Shown: in pieces, positions 10,121 through 23,649 of the stretch
Numbering within the stretch: position 1 is the first letter of the stretch
Layout: each line of letters starts with the position of its first letter
NCBI GenBank assembly: GCA_012026655.1
Contig: JAAILG010000112.1
Location: forward strand, 1 to 64,000
From: Hydrolagus affinis
Lineage: Eukaryota
Direction of reading: 5' to 3'
DNA: 64,000 nt
Position numbers and translations under genes: made by a program
The notes under the pieces: generated by a model
Told to the model about the DNA's origin: nothing
The model's input: the letters and a program-made list of their open reading frames with translations, nothing else
Databases searched by the model: none

Positions 10121-11299
10121 TCAAATCTCCAGCATGTGAACAGAAGCTTTTTATATATGTTTTTTGTACTGGAGCAAATAGTTAAGTAACAGTATACTGA
10201 AGGTGGCAGTGAATTAACTCCAACGTTTGTCTCAATGTTGGGGTCCCAGTCACTCTTCAGGCTACTATGGACCCTTGATTTTTTTTAGATCTGTTTGATT
10301 TAATGTTATCTCACTGAGGTAATGGGGAATCTAATCTATTGTTTGGATGCTCCTTGAAATGTTTCTAAAGATGACTTTAGACCTGAAATGAAGTTCACTA
10401 CTATAGTAACTTATTCACATGGATTTGCTATACTATTTATCTTTCAAATTCATACCTCTTTGGGTTTTGCACAACGATTTTTTCACTGAGAAAGCCAGGC
10501 TCTTATTTTTAGAATAAACCCTTCATCCAGATTTCAAAGATAGTTGGATTTTCATAAACCATTTGGAAGAAAGGGCTTCACTACACATGTTTCAGGCTGT
10601 CTCAGTTACTGAGCACACATGTGTTCTTTTTTAAAAGAAGAATGTCTAGTCAATCTGAATATGCTCGAAAGCTCCAGGCTGTGCAGTCTTGGTTTGTCCT
10701 TGTGTGTTTTTCAGGAATCTATTTCAAACATCCATAAGCTGTGTATTGTTTCCTGCTTTTAATTTTCCCGAATGCTCTGTTTAGTTTGATACTTGTGACT
10801 CTCACAGGTTGCCTCAGGTACTGCATGCATCCAAAGATTATCTTTACTTCCATTCCATTTCCCCGCACCCCTAATCCACCGTTCCACCCTATCCCACCAC
10901 AAAAAATTCATGAATAGGATTCATTTTAAAGTCTTTGTTTGCCCGGTGAATGTGCTGCAATCGAATGCCAATCAGATAAGCCACAGTCACAGGGTTTTGA
11001 TGGTATCTTATTTGTACTGGTTGTATGGATAACAAACCAAATCGAAAGTTCCTGTCTATGATATTACATAGAAATCTTTACAACCAAGATTCTGCCCTGC
11101 CTGTGGGCAATCAGAGTGTATGCAAAATTACTTTTTAAGGAAACCTGACCCAGTGGTTGTACGTGCAAGATCACAGTACAAAACAACCCTTAATTCAACA
11201 GTAAATTGCCAGTCTATCTCAAAGAGGGTAGTGGATGGCTGCCATGAGAAATAAAAAGAGACACATTCATACAAGAAAGGATACCCATTCTGTCAATTT

Positions 11300-11500
11300 G
11301 CTGCAGTTGGTAGCATTGTCACTTCAGTAAGAAGGCAATAGATTCAAGCTTGAGCTCACAATCTAGGTTGTTACCACTGTACATTGGATGAGAAAGGCAG
11401 ATAAAAACCCTTTTCTGTTGGTTCAGGTGGATGTTGAAGATCCTATGATATGAGGAAAAGCAAAGAGATCTCATGATATGGTGGTCCGTATTCCTCCCTT
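11300..11500 (+). mobile_element. Old Deu-domain SINE 5' part; its tail resumes at ~12190-12345 after the L2 insertion
   Basis: CAGTTGGTAGCA..GATTCAAGC head, then GGATGAG..CAGGTGGATGTTGAAGATCCTATG Deu motif. Confidence 0.6.
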
Positions 11501-11530
11501 ATCCATTTCTCCAAACCTAGATTCATGCTC

Positions 11531-12159
11531 CTTGCTGAAACCCTTATTCATGCCTTCATTACATCACGGCTCAACTATGCAAATGCCCTGCTTGTTGGCC
11601 TTCCCAATTCCTCTCTCCAAAGGCTGTGAAAATCCAACACTCTGCAGCCCGTGCCCTCTATCGTTCCAAACTCCGTGACCCCATCTCCCCCACCCTCGCC
11701 CGACTCAATTGGCTCCCCATCATCCAAAGGATCCAATTCAAGATCCTGGATCTCATATTTAAAGTCCTCCACAACCTCGCCCCACGCTACATCCGTGACC
11801 GTCTAACCCCTTATCAACCTGCCCGTCCCCACCGCTCAGTAGGCTCTGGCCTGCTCCACGTCCCCGGGCCCACCCGCCCCACTATCGGTGAGCGAGCCTT
11901 TATCCACTCTGCCCCCAACCTCTGGAATTCCATCCCGCAGTCCCTCTGCCTCGCCCCCTCCCTGGTCTCCTTCAAGTCTCGCCTCAAGACTCTCCTCTTT
12001 GATGGACACATCTGCAACTCCTAATCCCCCCCTTACCCTCTCCACGACCCCGTCCCCAGCTTGGGTGTGAAACAATAACAATGACTGTTCAGCACCTTGG
12101 GACATCCTCCTGGTGTGAAAGGTGGTATATAAGTGTAATTTTGTGTTGTTGTTGTTGCT
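11531..12159 (+). mobile_element. L2 LINE 3' portion (ORF2 C-terminus + 3' UTR + (TTG)n tail)
   Basis: ORF 11626-12024 reads IQHSAAR..ISPTLARLNWLPIIQRIQFKIL..GERAFIHSAPNLWNSIP..FKSRLKTLLF; the tail is GTTGTTGTTG. Confidence 0.95.
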
Positions 12160-12648
12160 GATTTGGTTAAGTTGCTGGCAAGTTTGTCTTCATAACAACA
12201 TTTCATCTCACTGCAATATTTACACACTTGGATATGGTGCACAAATTCTGACTTCTGGGTATGAATAGTACGTATACAATCTCATGCTTTGAGACATTTT
12301 GATGCAATAAGGTGATATATCAAATGTAATTACTATTATTATGTTTTTATTGCTCTGTTAAAATTGAAACCGAAGCACAAGCATAAAAAGAGATTTAGTC
12401 TGAATCTGGCCATTGCTGTAACTAATCAGGGGTGCTGGATTGTGGCAATGGGTGAAAAATGTTCCATTTCCCAACACGGCGTCTCTTGTCTCTATTCATT
12501 TTTGGTCAACCAGAAACCCATCACCACTTACATGTATTGAAATCAGACAAAAAATTACATTTTTGTATGTGTCTATGTGTCTGGAATGGAATGCGCAGTC
12601 TCCCTGGAGAGATCCAATCTATTTATCTAATTCTGGAGAGTACTAGGC

Positions 12649-12997
12649 GCAAGTTGGCAATACTGAATTTATGGGACCTAAGAGAATGCATTGGGGGTAC
12701 TGCTCAAGTTTACCTGGCTGAAACTGCATAACTTGCTATTGAAAGCAAGATTTTGTCCTGTCAAGCTACCTGTCAAGCTTCCTGCTCTTTCTTAAGCTAA
12801 GACCATTGTATACCTATTCAGTGTTCGACTTGGAGGGTTTACAGGAGCTGAGTGTGAAGAATCCCTGCTTCCAGTGAGTGGTTTGTCCTTCCAAGGTCTA
12901 TCATTCTTCCAAGGCTGCTACAGGGAATTGAATTGATTCCCAAATTCCATTTGCAAGCATATCATCTTATATCCAACTAAGTTCCAGTGACATCCTT
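12649..12997. repeat. Unclassified old interspersed repeat, copy B (homologous to 8281-8680)
   Basis: Collinear similarity to copy A in the same orientation. Confidence 0.7.
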
Positions 12998-13956
12998 CCC
13001 CCTCACTAGTTGCTCATCTTTAAAAATACAACATTTACCAAGAAAGGGAATTTAGAAAAGTTCACAAAGGAAAAATCCAAAACTTTTTGTCTTCTGTGCA
13101 GCTGTAAATTGCAAACACATATTTTACCCTTTCTATTGGAAAGTAGAAACTTGTAAGTCTGTGAAGTCTTGTGCTAAAACATTGTGAAATAAAAATTTCT
13201 TCCAGCTGTTGATGGTTACCTTTGAGCAAGGTCATTAAACGTGTATGTAAAACATACTTACGATCTTTGGCAGTACAGTGGAACAGGAACTAAGACAGGA
13301 ATGATCCAATGAGTATAGACTGCACTTCACAGTGTCTGGTACATATTGTATCAGTGTGTTTAGTCAGAGAGGAAGACACAATGCCTTGAAAATGAGTTTC
13401 TTATGCTTCTCATGAGGGATTAAAGCTTTTATAAGTTGGTGTGTTAACCATCTGGAAGAATGATGGCCAGAAAAATAATAATATATTTCTGTGAATCCAG
13501 CACTGCCCATGCAGAAGTAATGTTTGTGAGCAGTCTTTTATGATCCAGTTAATGTTCATGAGATTTAGGCAATGCACACAATACTTTCTTCAGAGTTCAA
13601 ACTCAGAATTTGTTAGATCCATAATAAAATAAGCAAATGCTCCACTTGAAGATTTAGTTATTTCTTCTGCTATTTCTTTTTGTAACTTGTTTTCACCAAT
13701 CTGCATGATTTGGCCTGTGAAATTGTCCGGAGCCTGCAGAACAGATAATCAATTCCTCTGCTGCTAATTGTTGGTTGAGCTCTGTGATTAGTCTATGGAG
13801 GGATAACAACAATAACAACAACTTGCAGTTTCAATAAGGATAAGACATGAGTGCCAATGTGTATCTTTTCTTGACACTGTTCCCACCCCTTCACACACAT
13901 ATTTCCCATTCTCTCCACCTAATAAGTGATGAATTGACTCATGTGAGGCAACCAAT

Positions 13957-14340
13957 CAACAACACCAATACATTGCATTTATTTACTGCCTTTCATGACA
14001 TGGATTGCCAAGGCTTTGCATCCAAGATGGAGGTTGGAATCAATTGGTGTGGGGGTTAAGGGGGTTGGGGGTGGAAAGATGACAGAAGGCAAGATCAAAG
14101 AGGAAAGTCTTACAGCAGGCCTTGAAAGGGGCAAGGGTGGAGTCATGGCGAAGGGATTCCAGGAAGAAGTTCCAGAGGGTGGAGGCATAAAGGCTAATGG
14201 CCGAATCGCCAATGGTGGCATGGACAGCTAGGGATATGGAGTGTACTAGTGCCCATCAAGCAGAGAGTATGGTAAGTTTCATAAGATGTTAGTAGGGAGG
14301 AGCAAGTTCAGTAAGGCTTTGAAAGGGATGACAAGTATCT
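13957..14340 (-). mobile_element. L2 LINE 3' fragment, diverged
   Basis: CAACAACACCAA tail revcomp; GGCCTTGAAAGGGGCAAGG and AAGTTCCAGAG motifs. Confidence 0.75.
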
Positions 14341-14645
14341 TAATAATATTAATAATCCTTGCATTTAATATAGCGTTTTTCAGACCTTTTTGATGTCTCA
14401 AAGTGCTTCATAGAATAGACTGTATAGTGAATTGATTGTATATTTGTGGGTGAAACATGGCAGCCAATTGTACACAGCAGTGTCCCACAAACAGTCGTGG
14501 ATTGAAATTACCAATTTTATTATTGTGCTTTTTTGGATGGATTATTATTAGGCATGTGGAGTAATGAAACTTGCCCAAGATTTTGCTCTCATCTACCCGG
14601 TTTCAAACACAGGTCTCACGCTTGTAAGACGAGTACTCTAATCAC
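14341..14645 (-). mobile_element. tRNA-derived SINE, short variant
   Basis: Revcomp of the family consensus, near-identical in structure to 32710-32950. Confidence 0.9.
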
Positions 14646-14739
14646 TTTGAAGCGCTTCAAGATGTCAAGCGCTTTAAGATGTGAAAAAGCACTATATCAA
14701 ATGGAAGGATTATTTGTTATATTATTATCAGCATCTCCA

Positions 14740-15350
14740 CACCACAGGCGCTGCCAGCATCACCATCCATGGATGCACACTCTATGTCACTAAGCCAGTC
14801 TGGAACTTTGGCTTCTTGTTCAACCCTCATCTATCTTTTCCACCCCACATCCATGCCACGACCTGCTCTGCCTTCCCCACCTGCGCAATATTGCCCGGCT
14901 TTGTCAGTGTTTCACTCTGCCAGCCACCAAAACTCTCTTACACAATCAAAGGATTCAGACTTGATTTTGAAAACTCCTTGCTTGTAAACCTCCCCAACTC
15001 CTCCTTCCATAGGCTGCAGACCATCCGGAAGTCTGCAGCCCATGTACTCTCCTGCAATAGACTCCATGACCATATCACTTCCACCCTCGCTGGACTCTTA
15101 CTGGCTTTCCATCAACGGAGGATACCGATAAACATACCGGTCCTCACCTTCAAAGCACTGCCTGGCCTCGCTCCCCACTACCTCTGCGACCCCCTAACCC
15201 CGTACCAACCTGTCTGTTTCCTCCTCTCGGTGGTCTCCGGCCTTCTTTATCTCCCCCACCTTGCCCATCCTACCGTTGGTTTGCGGGCCTTCAGCCATTC
15301 TTCCCCCATTCTCTGAAACTCCATCCTGCAGTACCTTCACCTCGCCCCTT
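14740..15350 (+). mobile_element. L2 LINE ORF2 fragment
   Basis: Peptide VWNFGFLFNPHLSF..RLDFENSLLVNLP..RLQTIRKSAAHVL..HDHITSTLA..RAFSHSSP. Confidence 0.9.
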
Positions 15351-15717
15351 GTTGTTGTTGCTGGCCAGTCTGCAGTAGCGTAGAATAAATACAATTGGAG
15401 GAAAGCCACGGGCCTCTTTCAGTCTTTGGTGGTTGTGTTTATGTGGTGGCAGACATAATAAATCAAATATCCGATGCATTCACTTGCAAACAAGGTCTAG
15501 AATTTCATAAGATCCTGATGTTGTCCATGTAGAAAGTACATGTTGTAGAATAGGCGTCTGACTGTAAAATGGGTGCTACAAGAACATGCCCCAAGCTATA
15601 AAACAGAGGACACAGGAAGCACTGCAATTGCATAAACACTCTGACAGAACCCGGACTGTACTCGGGAATTTTCAAAAGAATTCCTCATCAAATTCGTTTC
15701 TGACCCAAGAACTGAGA

Positions 15718-16050
15718 ATGATAATGATATAATAATCCTTGAATTTAATATAGGGCTTTAGGCATCTTCTATAAGTCTCAAAGTGCTGCATAGGATATAC
15801 TGTAAAGTCAATTGACTGTATATTTGTGGGCGAAACACGGCAGCCAATTGCACCCATTGCTTTTTTTGAGAGAATACTATCCCCGGGTAAGCGATCCGCA
15901 AATCAATTAACAACCGGGTTCCTACTTACAGCTAGGTAAATAGAGGTGAGTGGGGTAAGGAAATTTGCACAAGATTTTGTTCTGCCAGGAATCAAACCCA
16001 AGTTTTTCATTTGTGAGGTATGTGCTCTGACCACTGAGCTACAGGACTCC
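15718..16050 (-). mobile_element. tRNA-derived SINE, long variant
   Basis: Ends ACCACTGAGCTACAGGACTCC (revcomp of head GGAGTCCTGTAGCTCAGTGG) and contains the internal CTCTATTTACCTAGCTGTAAGTAGGAACC segment. Confidence 0.9.
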
Positions 16051-16519
16051 ACAAAATGAATGGAGGAGGAGGCAGAGCCAGGATAGAAACTGAGCAGGAA
16101 TAAAAATTAATTGGGGATTTACAACCACATCTCATGTTGCTGTGCCAAGTTCATAATGGGCAAACACTTGCTGATTTGGACCGATTTACTTTATGATACT
16201 CAAATTGCCATTAAGTATGAAAGTTCATTACACAAAACAAAACCAGTAATTTATATTTATGTAGTTCTCTTAATGCAATATAACATCACAGAGCCCTTAA
16301 TTGAGAATGAAATAAGAATATACAATTAATTTGCTCTGTCTACATAATCAGAGCAGTGCTTCTCACTACACACCCAAATTCATTTATGCATTTCATACAA
16401 CCTCACATTTTGGAAACATCTCTGCATTACATAATTATCTCTATCAGCAGACACTTTAATCTTCTACAACATGCATTGTTACCTTGCCTTAATATCTAAT
16501 GATGTTTCTTGCTGTGGTA

Positions 16520-16925
16520 TGATACCTTATCACTCATCGCAGCATTTTAGCATACTTCTTTGGATTTTACTGTAAAGTGCAATGACTATATATTTTGTAG
16601 GTGAATGAGGCATTCAATTTGCATATAGCAATGTCCCTCAAACAACCCTCAAGTGAATAACCAATTTAATTTGAGGAATTGTTGGCCAGGATACTAGAAG
16701 ATACACCCTTCTATTGTTGAATAATGCTACAGGATCTTTAATATCCACCTGACATTAAAGATCCCTGACTTGACATAGAACGATGGGAGCTTGGTTTAAC
16801 AGCTTTTCTGAAGGACATTGCTTCTAACAATCCAGTGTTCATCCAGTTTCAGCTTGGATTGCCCCAGTGTGGGGCTCGGACCAACAACCTTTTGACACAG
16901 GCGTGAGAGGGCTACTAACTGAACA
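16520..16925 (-). mobile_element. Old Deu-domain SINE (SacSINE/AmnSINE-like)
   Basis: GGCCAGGATACT..AGGATCTTTAATATCCACCTGA (revcomp Deu core) and head remnant CCAACAACCTTTTGAC..GCTACTAACTGA. Confidence 0.7.
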
Positions 16926-17859
16926 AGGGGACAATTTGAATAGATATATTCTACTGCTATTGGAAATTCTCCACTCTTTATTTTTTGTGGTATTTTACAG
17001 ACCCAATGAAAAGATAACAACAACATATTGTTTCACAAGTAAGAGAGATGGACCATTGGCCATTATCCATATTTGGGCTGTTTCATGTTCATGAGTCTAA
17101 GCTCTGGCTCCACGATAAGTAAGAATATTTGTTTTTTCAATGTAAAAATGTAAGCAAGATTCTGAGCTATTTCAAATAGATTAGAGGTTGGTGTTTTTGC
17201 TTTTGTCCACAATAATCTCTGTTCTCTATGGAGGTCATAATGTAGACATCGACTGATCTATCAATCAGAGAGAGAGATGAAAATTGTGATATGTTGATCA
17301 TCACTGGAGGTAATTCTTACATCATTGATAAAGGAGGTCAATAATAATGACAATGTTTCCAGTTTAAATCCCACTCCCCTACTTGATGGTAGAAATTCCC
17401 TTATATTTGATACCAACTTCAATTAAGATGTATGACCCAATTTTGAGAATAAACTGGAATGATTGTTAAAATACATCCAAATTTCTGTGAGTTAGTGTTA
17501 AATTTCTTCAGGATATAGTGGATATATTCAACCAATGCAGAGGGCCTAAAACATCCACAGACCTGTTTTGGTGTTTGAAATTATGAAATTATGTTATTTT
17601 GAGAGTATATCAGCAGTTTCTATTTACAGCGCATTGGAAAAAGGTGATGATATTCATAACAACACAAGGTCATAACAGAGGTTATGGGAAGTTATGGGAA
17701 GCCGGCCTTTGGCCCATTTCATTCTAATCCTTCTAGCATATTCCCCCTTCCATCTTCGCATTGCACCATCAAACTGTTTTTAAACAAATTAGTTTGCTGC
17801 CACAACCACTGTACCTAGTAAATACCTGATGTAGCATTAGTGAAAAACTCCACAGAAGT

Positions 17860-18290
17860 TGGGAGGATTATATCCATTCACCATCACGAGAAATACACAG
17901 GGAAAATCAAGAACTATAAAAGCAATGAAGTGCTTCTCCAAATATATAGAGAGCTAGCCAGACCTCATTTTTAGTACTATGGTCAGTTATGGGCATCCAA
18001 TCTTAGAGAGGTTACCAATTGGCTTTGCATTTGATATTATACTGCAACACATCAATAAAGCACCACCACTACCAATAACAGCACATTTGTATAACGCCTT
18101 TCATGTTGGAAATTTCTCAGGAACAAAGTATTTCATTGAATAGTGTAGTGATTGAATATTTTTGTAGGCAATTGTGCATTAATCTGAGAGGATGTCCAGC
18201 AATGGTTCACTAAAATAATACCTGATTTGAAAGGACTAAGGTAGGTATAGAAGAGGTTTATTCCTCAGAGCACAGGAGGTTGATCTGAGA
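17860..18290 (+). mobile_element. Old CR1 LINE ORF2 fragment, interrupted by a LINE/SINE tail; an inverted CR1 3' end lies at ~17670-17830
   Basis: Translation EVLLQIYRELARPHF*YYGQLWA..DVQQWFTKIIPDLKGL..YSSEHRRL. Confidence 0.7.
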
Positions 18291-19194
18291 ATTGCTTCTG
18301 ATTGGTCATTGTGCTACTGAGAATGTTGGAGCCATCCAAAGACTAACATTCACAAAGATAGCATTTCTATATTAATGTTTTAGCATAACCAATTTACATC
18401 ACCAACTGTCCAACCCCTATCTGAAAGTTATGTTCATGTAATGCAATGATCACACATTGGAGTTTATATTAATGACTTCTGTTACATACTAGACATGTGT
18501 TACATCCTAGTGCCTTGGGACATCTTCTCAATGTGAAAGACGCTCTATAAATGTAATCTTGTTGTTGATTTTGTTGTTGTATACTCTTATTATTTAAAAA
18601 TTCTTACTACTTATTTGCAGTACTCAGTTCTCTTAATACACGTTTATACACTTTAATCCAATAAGTTTATGTATTTGCTTGTCCACTTTAAATATTTTAA
18701 ATTCAAAGTGAATTAATGGAACAAGCCTGGCTTGAGGTACCTCAATGAGTCAGCACTGTTTATGTTCGCAAAGCAATTATTGGCTATAAAATTGCAACAA
18801 CCAGTTCTGAAAAACCTCCATGTTTTCATGTCATTGCCTTTTTATGTATAAATATTATGCTTCTTGATTACTTCCCCGAGGTAATCTCTAACTTGTAGAC
18901 TTACTAAAGCAAAGCCCTCTTAATGTCAGTTCTGATTGTCACTTTTCAAGCTGACAAATTGAAAGTGATAATAAAAGAGTTCTTTAACACCGTGAGATAA
19001 AGCAGTGTGGTTTGAGGCAGAGTAAGCAGACACCGACACTTTTATTGAACCACTTGCACTCTTGCTTATTAAGTATGATGTCTGCCACAAACTCCTTTTC
19101 ATGAGTACATTTTTTTCCCTTCAAGGCATGAGGCCGAGGCTTGTTTATCCAACTTAAAGGAGAATTATTTTTTAAAAAACACAGTGGATCCACA

Positions 19195-19400
19195 GAGCAT
19201 AGTAAAAACAGAAATGCCAGCAATCCACAGGAGGTTAATCAACGTCTGGAAAGGGAAAATAAGTTAACTTTTGGGATCAAACTTTTCATCAGTTCTGATA
19301 AATGATCATGTCCAAAATGCTAACTCATTGCTCTTTTAGATGCTGATTGACTGTTTATGGATAAACAACATTTTATTTCTGTTTTATTTCTGATTTCATG
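19195..19400. mobile_element. Degenerate Penelope-like palindrome with back-to-back hammerhead-like cores
   Basis: Homologous to 4960-5163 (AAAAACAGAAATG..TTTCTGTTTTTATTTC); the centre is TCATCAG-TT-CTGATAA. Confidence 0.6.
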
Positions 19401-20215
19401 CCCAGCTTTACTTCTCTGAGTCCCGGATGAAAATACACCAAGTAACATTGGTCCTTAACCCAAGGACTATTTGTGGGACATTGCCTGGCACAAATTGGCT
19501 CTTGTGTTCACCCACATGACACAGTCACAACACTTTCCAGTAAAATCCTATGAAATACTTTGAGGCATCTCGACGATGTGACAAACAAACACACTATTAC
19601 TAATGCAAGAATTATGATTATTATATATTGTAACAAATTGAGAACTGGATGTAAGGAGGTCAGTTATGATGGGCTATCCTGGGGGATGGGATGGGAGAGG
19701 AATCTGGCGATTGGAGCCTGTATCAGAATGCAAATCTCTCTCCTCTTTCTATCTTGGACCAGAAAAGATAAACCTGAGGCCTTGGCCTTATGGTTGCCCA
19801 GGCAGGTTGGCAGAATAAAGACCAGCAGGGAAGGGCTATGAGAGCTTATGCTTGTAAGAGAGTCGCAAGACACTAATGATTAACCCAGATGCTTGTATTC
19901 TCTGGGACTGTATCATAAAAGTAGTGTGGTGTGTCACTTTTGGGTGTGTTGAGATTCCCCCCCTGGGGAAAGAAGCCTGTTCAAACTGTGTGTGTGTCAA
20001 TATCTGCCTGGCTTGGAAGTCCATTGGTCACATATCTTAATGTGAGCAGATATAAGCACCTCACTCTGTAAAATTCTTGTACTGTGATGAGTAAGCAACC
20101 TTCAGTGTGCTAGAATGGTTAATAAGCACAATTTAAAGAAGAGCTTGAAGCAGAATATGACTCAAACTCCAGCTTGCCTAGATTCCCTCAAACAAGGTAC
20201 TTTAGTCATGCCTTA

Positions 20216-20647
20216 CTCCAGACTTCACTGGCTCCCTATCCCAAGAGAGGATCGACTTCAAGGTCCTCACCCTTGTTTTCAAATCCCTCCACTCCTCTGA
20301 ACGCCCCTATCTCTCTGATCTCCTCTCCCCACAACCCAGCACCCGCTGCCTTCGTTCCTCTGGGTCTGGCCTCCTCCATGTCCCCCGAGTCCTCCGCTCC
20401 ACCCTCGGTGGCCGTGCCTTTAGCCACTACGCCCCGAGGCTCTTGAACTCCCTTCCTCACTCGCTTCGCCTCGCCCCCTCTCTTCCCAGTTTCAGGTCAC
20501 AGTTGAAGACCTTTCTCTTCGACCAAGCTTTTGGTCACCTTCCTGCCCCAGCTCCTGGCTCGGTCCCGGGATCCACTACTGTGAAGCGCTCTGAGACGCC
20601 GTCTGGCAAGGAGAGCGCTATATAAATCAAAGTTGTTGTTGTTGTTG
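20216..20647 (+). mobile_element. L2 LINE 3' end, young subfamily (closely related to 49861-50314)
   Basis: Peptide RLHWLPIP..NSLPHSLRLAPSLPSFRSQLKTFLFDQAF; CpG-rich; (TTG)n tail. Confidence 0.95.
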
Positions 20648-23524
20648 ATGCTGTCTTGGCTGTACAGTGCTTTAGGAATTAGAAACATGTTTGAACAATT
20701 TACATCTGTTGCTGTGCCAAAATGTTATCTCATCTTGCCGCTGGTGTAATTTGGAAGGATTGCAATAAAGACTCATTACCTGGATACCTGAGAACCTTTG
20801 AGCCTGATGATGGAGTGCACATGACACAGAACAGGTTGGGAAGGAGAGTGTAAGGAGAATAGTTGAACAGGGACATTTTATACATTCCCCATCCCCCCTC
20901 CTCTTCTCCATCTCATGACCCTTCAGAGAAACAAGAAAACAATTTAAAGTTAATTTAGGAGCTGGTTATACAGTGAACCGAAAACAGTCCAAAATTTAGA
21001 TTTTCACATTTCTGCAGATTTGAAAAAAAAACATGCCCACATTCTTGGCCATCAAAGGTTACATAGGATTGATTAAATACAATAAATATGGCACTGTATC
21101 CTTGCCCTTTATTTACAGTTCTTTTGTTTTGTAAAATTCCTCTTTCTGAGAGAATGTTCTAACCTCTGACACCAGTGCAGAAGTCAATAAAAGCGGATTA
21201 CTTTGATGTGCAAGATTCCAGATTTTTTTGTGTGTGAAGGAAAGTGTCTGGAAGAGGAAATAAAAAAAAACTGTATTTGAATGTTTGGTAATCTATTAAT
21301 TACATCAAATGGAATAGCCGTTTTGGGAGATTCAGAGCACATTTTCATATTCATAGAAAAAATACGTAAGATTAGAATATGAATAGATTTCTTTTGCCAG
21401 AAAACAGATACATATCAGCATTTCAGTTATGGTGAAACAAGCATTTAACAGATTTCTTGATATAAGTAATTTCAACAAAGTCAAATGTAAATGATCAAAT
21501 ATGTTTACATTGTTTGAAAACAAACTGCCCTCTTATTAGTTTGCAGAGAAGAGCTTGCAACAGTTCTTAGACAGACTTTCTCTTGAAAACTCCAAGGAAT
21601 ATCCTTTCACATAACCCCTCTGCAAGTGGCTGTTGACAAACACTAGTGCTACATCTAAACAATATGTTTTGCTCTAAAAAGAAAAACTGATCCAAACAGC
21701 TTTTGAACCCAAAACTCATCTTAAAAGCCTGAGAAGTCAAGACACTTGAAGAAAGGAACTTCATACCCTACTGCCACATCAGCTTTTGACACAACAGACT
21801 GTAATGATTTATCCAGCTGTTTGAATTTTACACTACAACATACAAAACTACTATTGATTTTGGCAAATCCATCCAAGCTCATTTGTTTTTGATTCTTTCC
21901 TCTGTGTTGTGACAAACCTCTTCTATGTCTATACAAAGCTATAAATAACCTCAGGCTAATACAGAAAAAAAGCCTAATGATGGCCAAGAAAGCAATAGGA
22001 ATTGTGTAAGAAAGCAATGCAGATTGAATAATCAGGCCGCATTACCAAGAGGAAACAGACATCAATCCTACATCTTCAAGGAGATGCAAACTACCTGTCT
22101 AATCATGTATTGTTTTTCTTCCCTCTGATCGCATGCTTTTTTCTTCCTTTTTAATATAAATCATTGTATTCATAGATAAGCTTGATATACACAAATCAAG
22201 CAAGTTGTAGGAATTAACCCATCAGATGCTCTCGGAGATATTGTAGAGTACTGAGTTCAGAGAAACACTGTAACATAACTGGAAATAAAAGTTATTAGGG
22301 ATGTATGGAATAAGCGGAAGAAATCAATTAAATGACTTGAAGCACACAGCAACTGCCCAGAAAAAGGAGAAAAAAAACAGCGAGCCAAAAAAGTGACAGA
22401 ATAAATATTCCCTCGCAATCAAAAATAATATCTGTTTCTCCCATATTTGTACATTTGTTTCAATGTTTTAAATTATTTTCCAGCATGGTTTCCTTCATTG
22501 ATATTTGAAGAGAGCGATTTTACAACATGATTCTTCCAGTTATCGAAGTAAGATTAGATTCATTAAAAAAAACTTTCAGTTTCCTGGGAAATATAAACGT
22601 GATGTTCATAAGTAAAATGCAATTATCCAAAGCTGAGATATATTGTGACAGGGGAGAACTGCATTTTAATTGGGAGCATAGCACTTATTTTTTCAGCAAA
22701 ACCTAAAGATTTCTTTAAGCTAACAGCCCGCTGGGCACAGTAAAAACATCCATTACAGCCAGCAGTGTACATCAAAGCAATGAATACAGAGAGAGGAGCC
22801 GCACAGGGAAGGCAGCTTAAAAGAGCATTACCTTCTTCACGTGAATATTGTGTGTGACTTCAGCTAGATTTATGGGCTCTATCTATCTGTACCGTCACGG
22901 AGACCACAATTTTTAGTATCAGTTTTCTAACAAGCTTAACAGAAGGAGACATCTCTGTCTATCGTCAGTACTTGTAAAGTTTGTGAGCGGTTTAGCAAAG
23001 TCCTCAACATACTGCTTCAGTACTTGGCTTGAGAAGCCGCACAATGATTATTGCTGGTAATAACATTAAAATGGGAGTAGCCTCCAGAGCATCCAATACC
23101 CATATGACAGGAATCTGTGTATAGGAGGGTAATGTGTAATCTTTTTTCCTGATAATACATAGACATTACTGATGTTAAATAAGTAAACATGGAAATCCCC
23201 TCAGTAATGCATGATGCCATTACGTCTGGGCAGCACAGATCACAACACAGTGTAAGGCTGTCAACTTCTTTCTCCTTTAGAATATCATGAATTTTAGCAA
23301 CATGATCATTTGTTGTAAAAAAAGAGAAAGCAACCTAAATTGATCCAAAACCAGCCTGAGCATACCATTTTCAAACAGTTTCCTTCACATAAGTACATTT
23401 GCTTAAATCGTTGGTGTTGTCATTTAAAGACCAATTTACAAGAAAATCATTACCTAAAATCTCCGACATCTTCTCCTGTGCTTCTCAGGAGTTAATTGAG
23501 TTTAGGTGACTCAATGAGACCAAT

Positions 23525-23649
23525 GGGGAGGACAGGGTTGCATGGTTATGGGGAGAGAGCTGGGGAGTAGGACTGAATTGCTCTTTTCAAAAAGCCGGTA
23601 CAGACCCGATGGGTCGAATGGCCTCCTTTTGTGCCGTAAGATTCTATGA
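23525..23649 (+). mobile_element. CR1 LINE 3' end
   Basis: GGGGAGAGAGCTGGGGAGT..GAATGGCCTCCTTTTGTGCCGTAAGATTCTATGA; matches the copies at 28803 and 37325. Confidence 0.9.

Noticed and set aside
11626-12024. 132-aa ORF (and similar ORFs at 9201, 42623, 49880) as protein-coding genes
   Set aside because: All are the C-terminus of L2 ORF2 from 5'-truncated copies; the overlapping opposite-strand ORFs are shadows.
14681-15316. Longest ORF (211 aa) as a host gene
   Set aside because: It begins in a SINE tail and continues through degenerate L2 ORF2 sequence; it is a TE pseudo-ORF.
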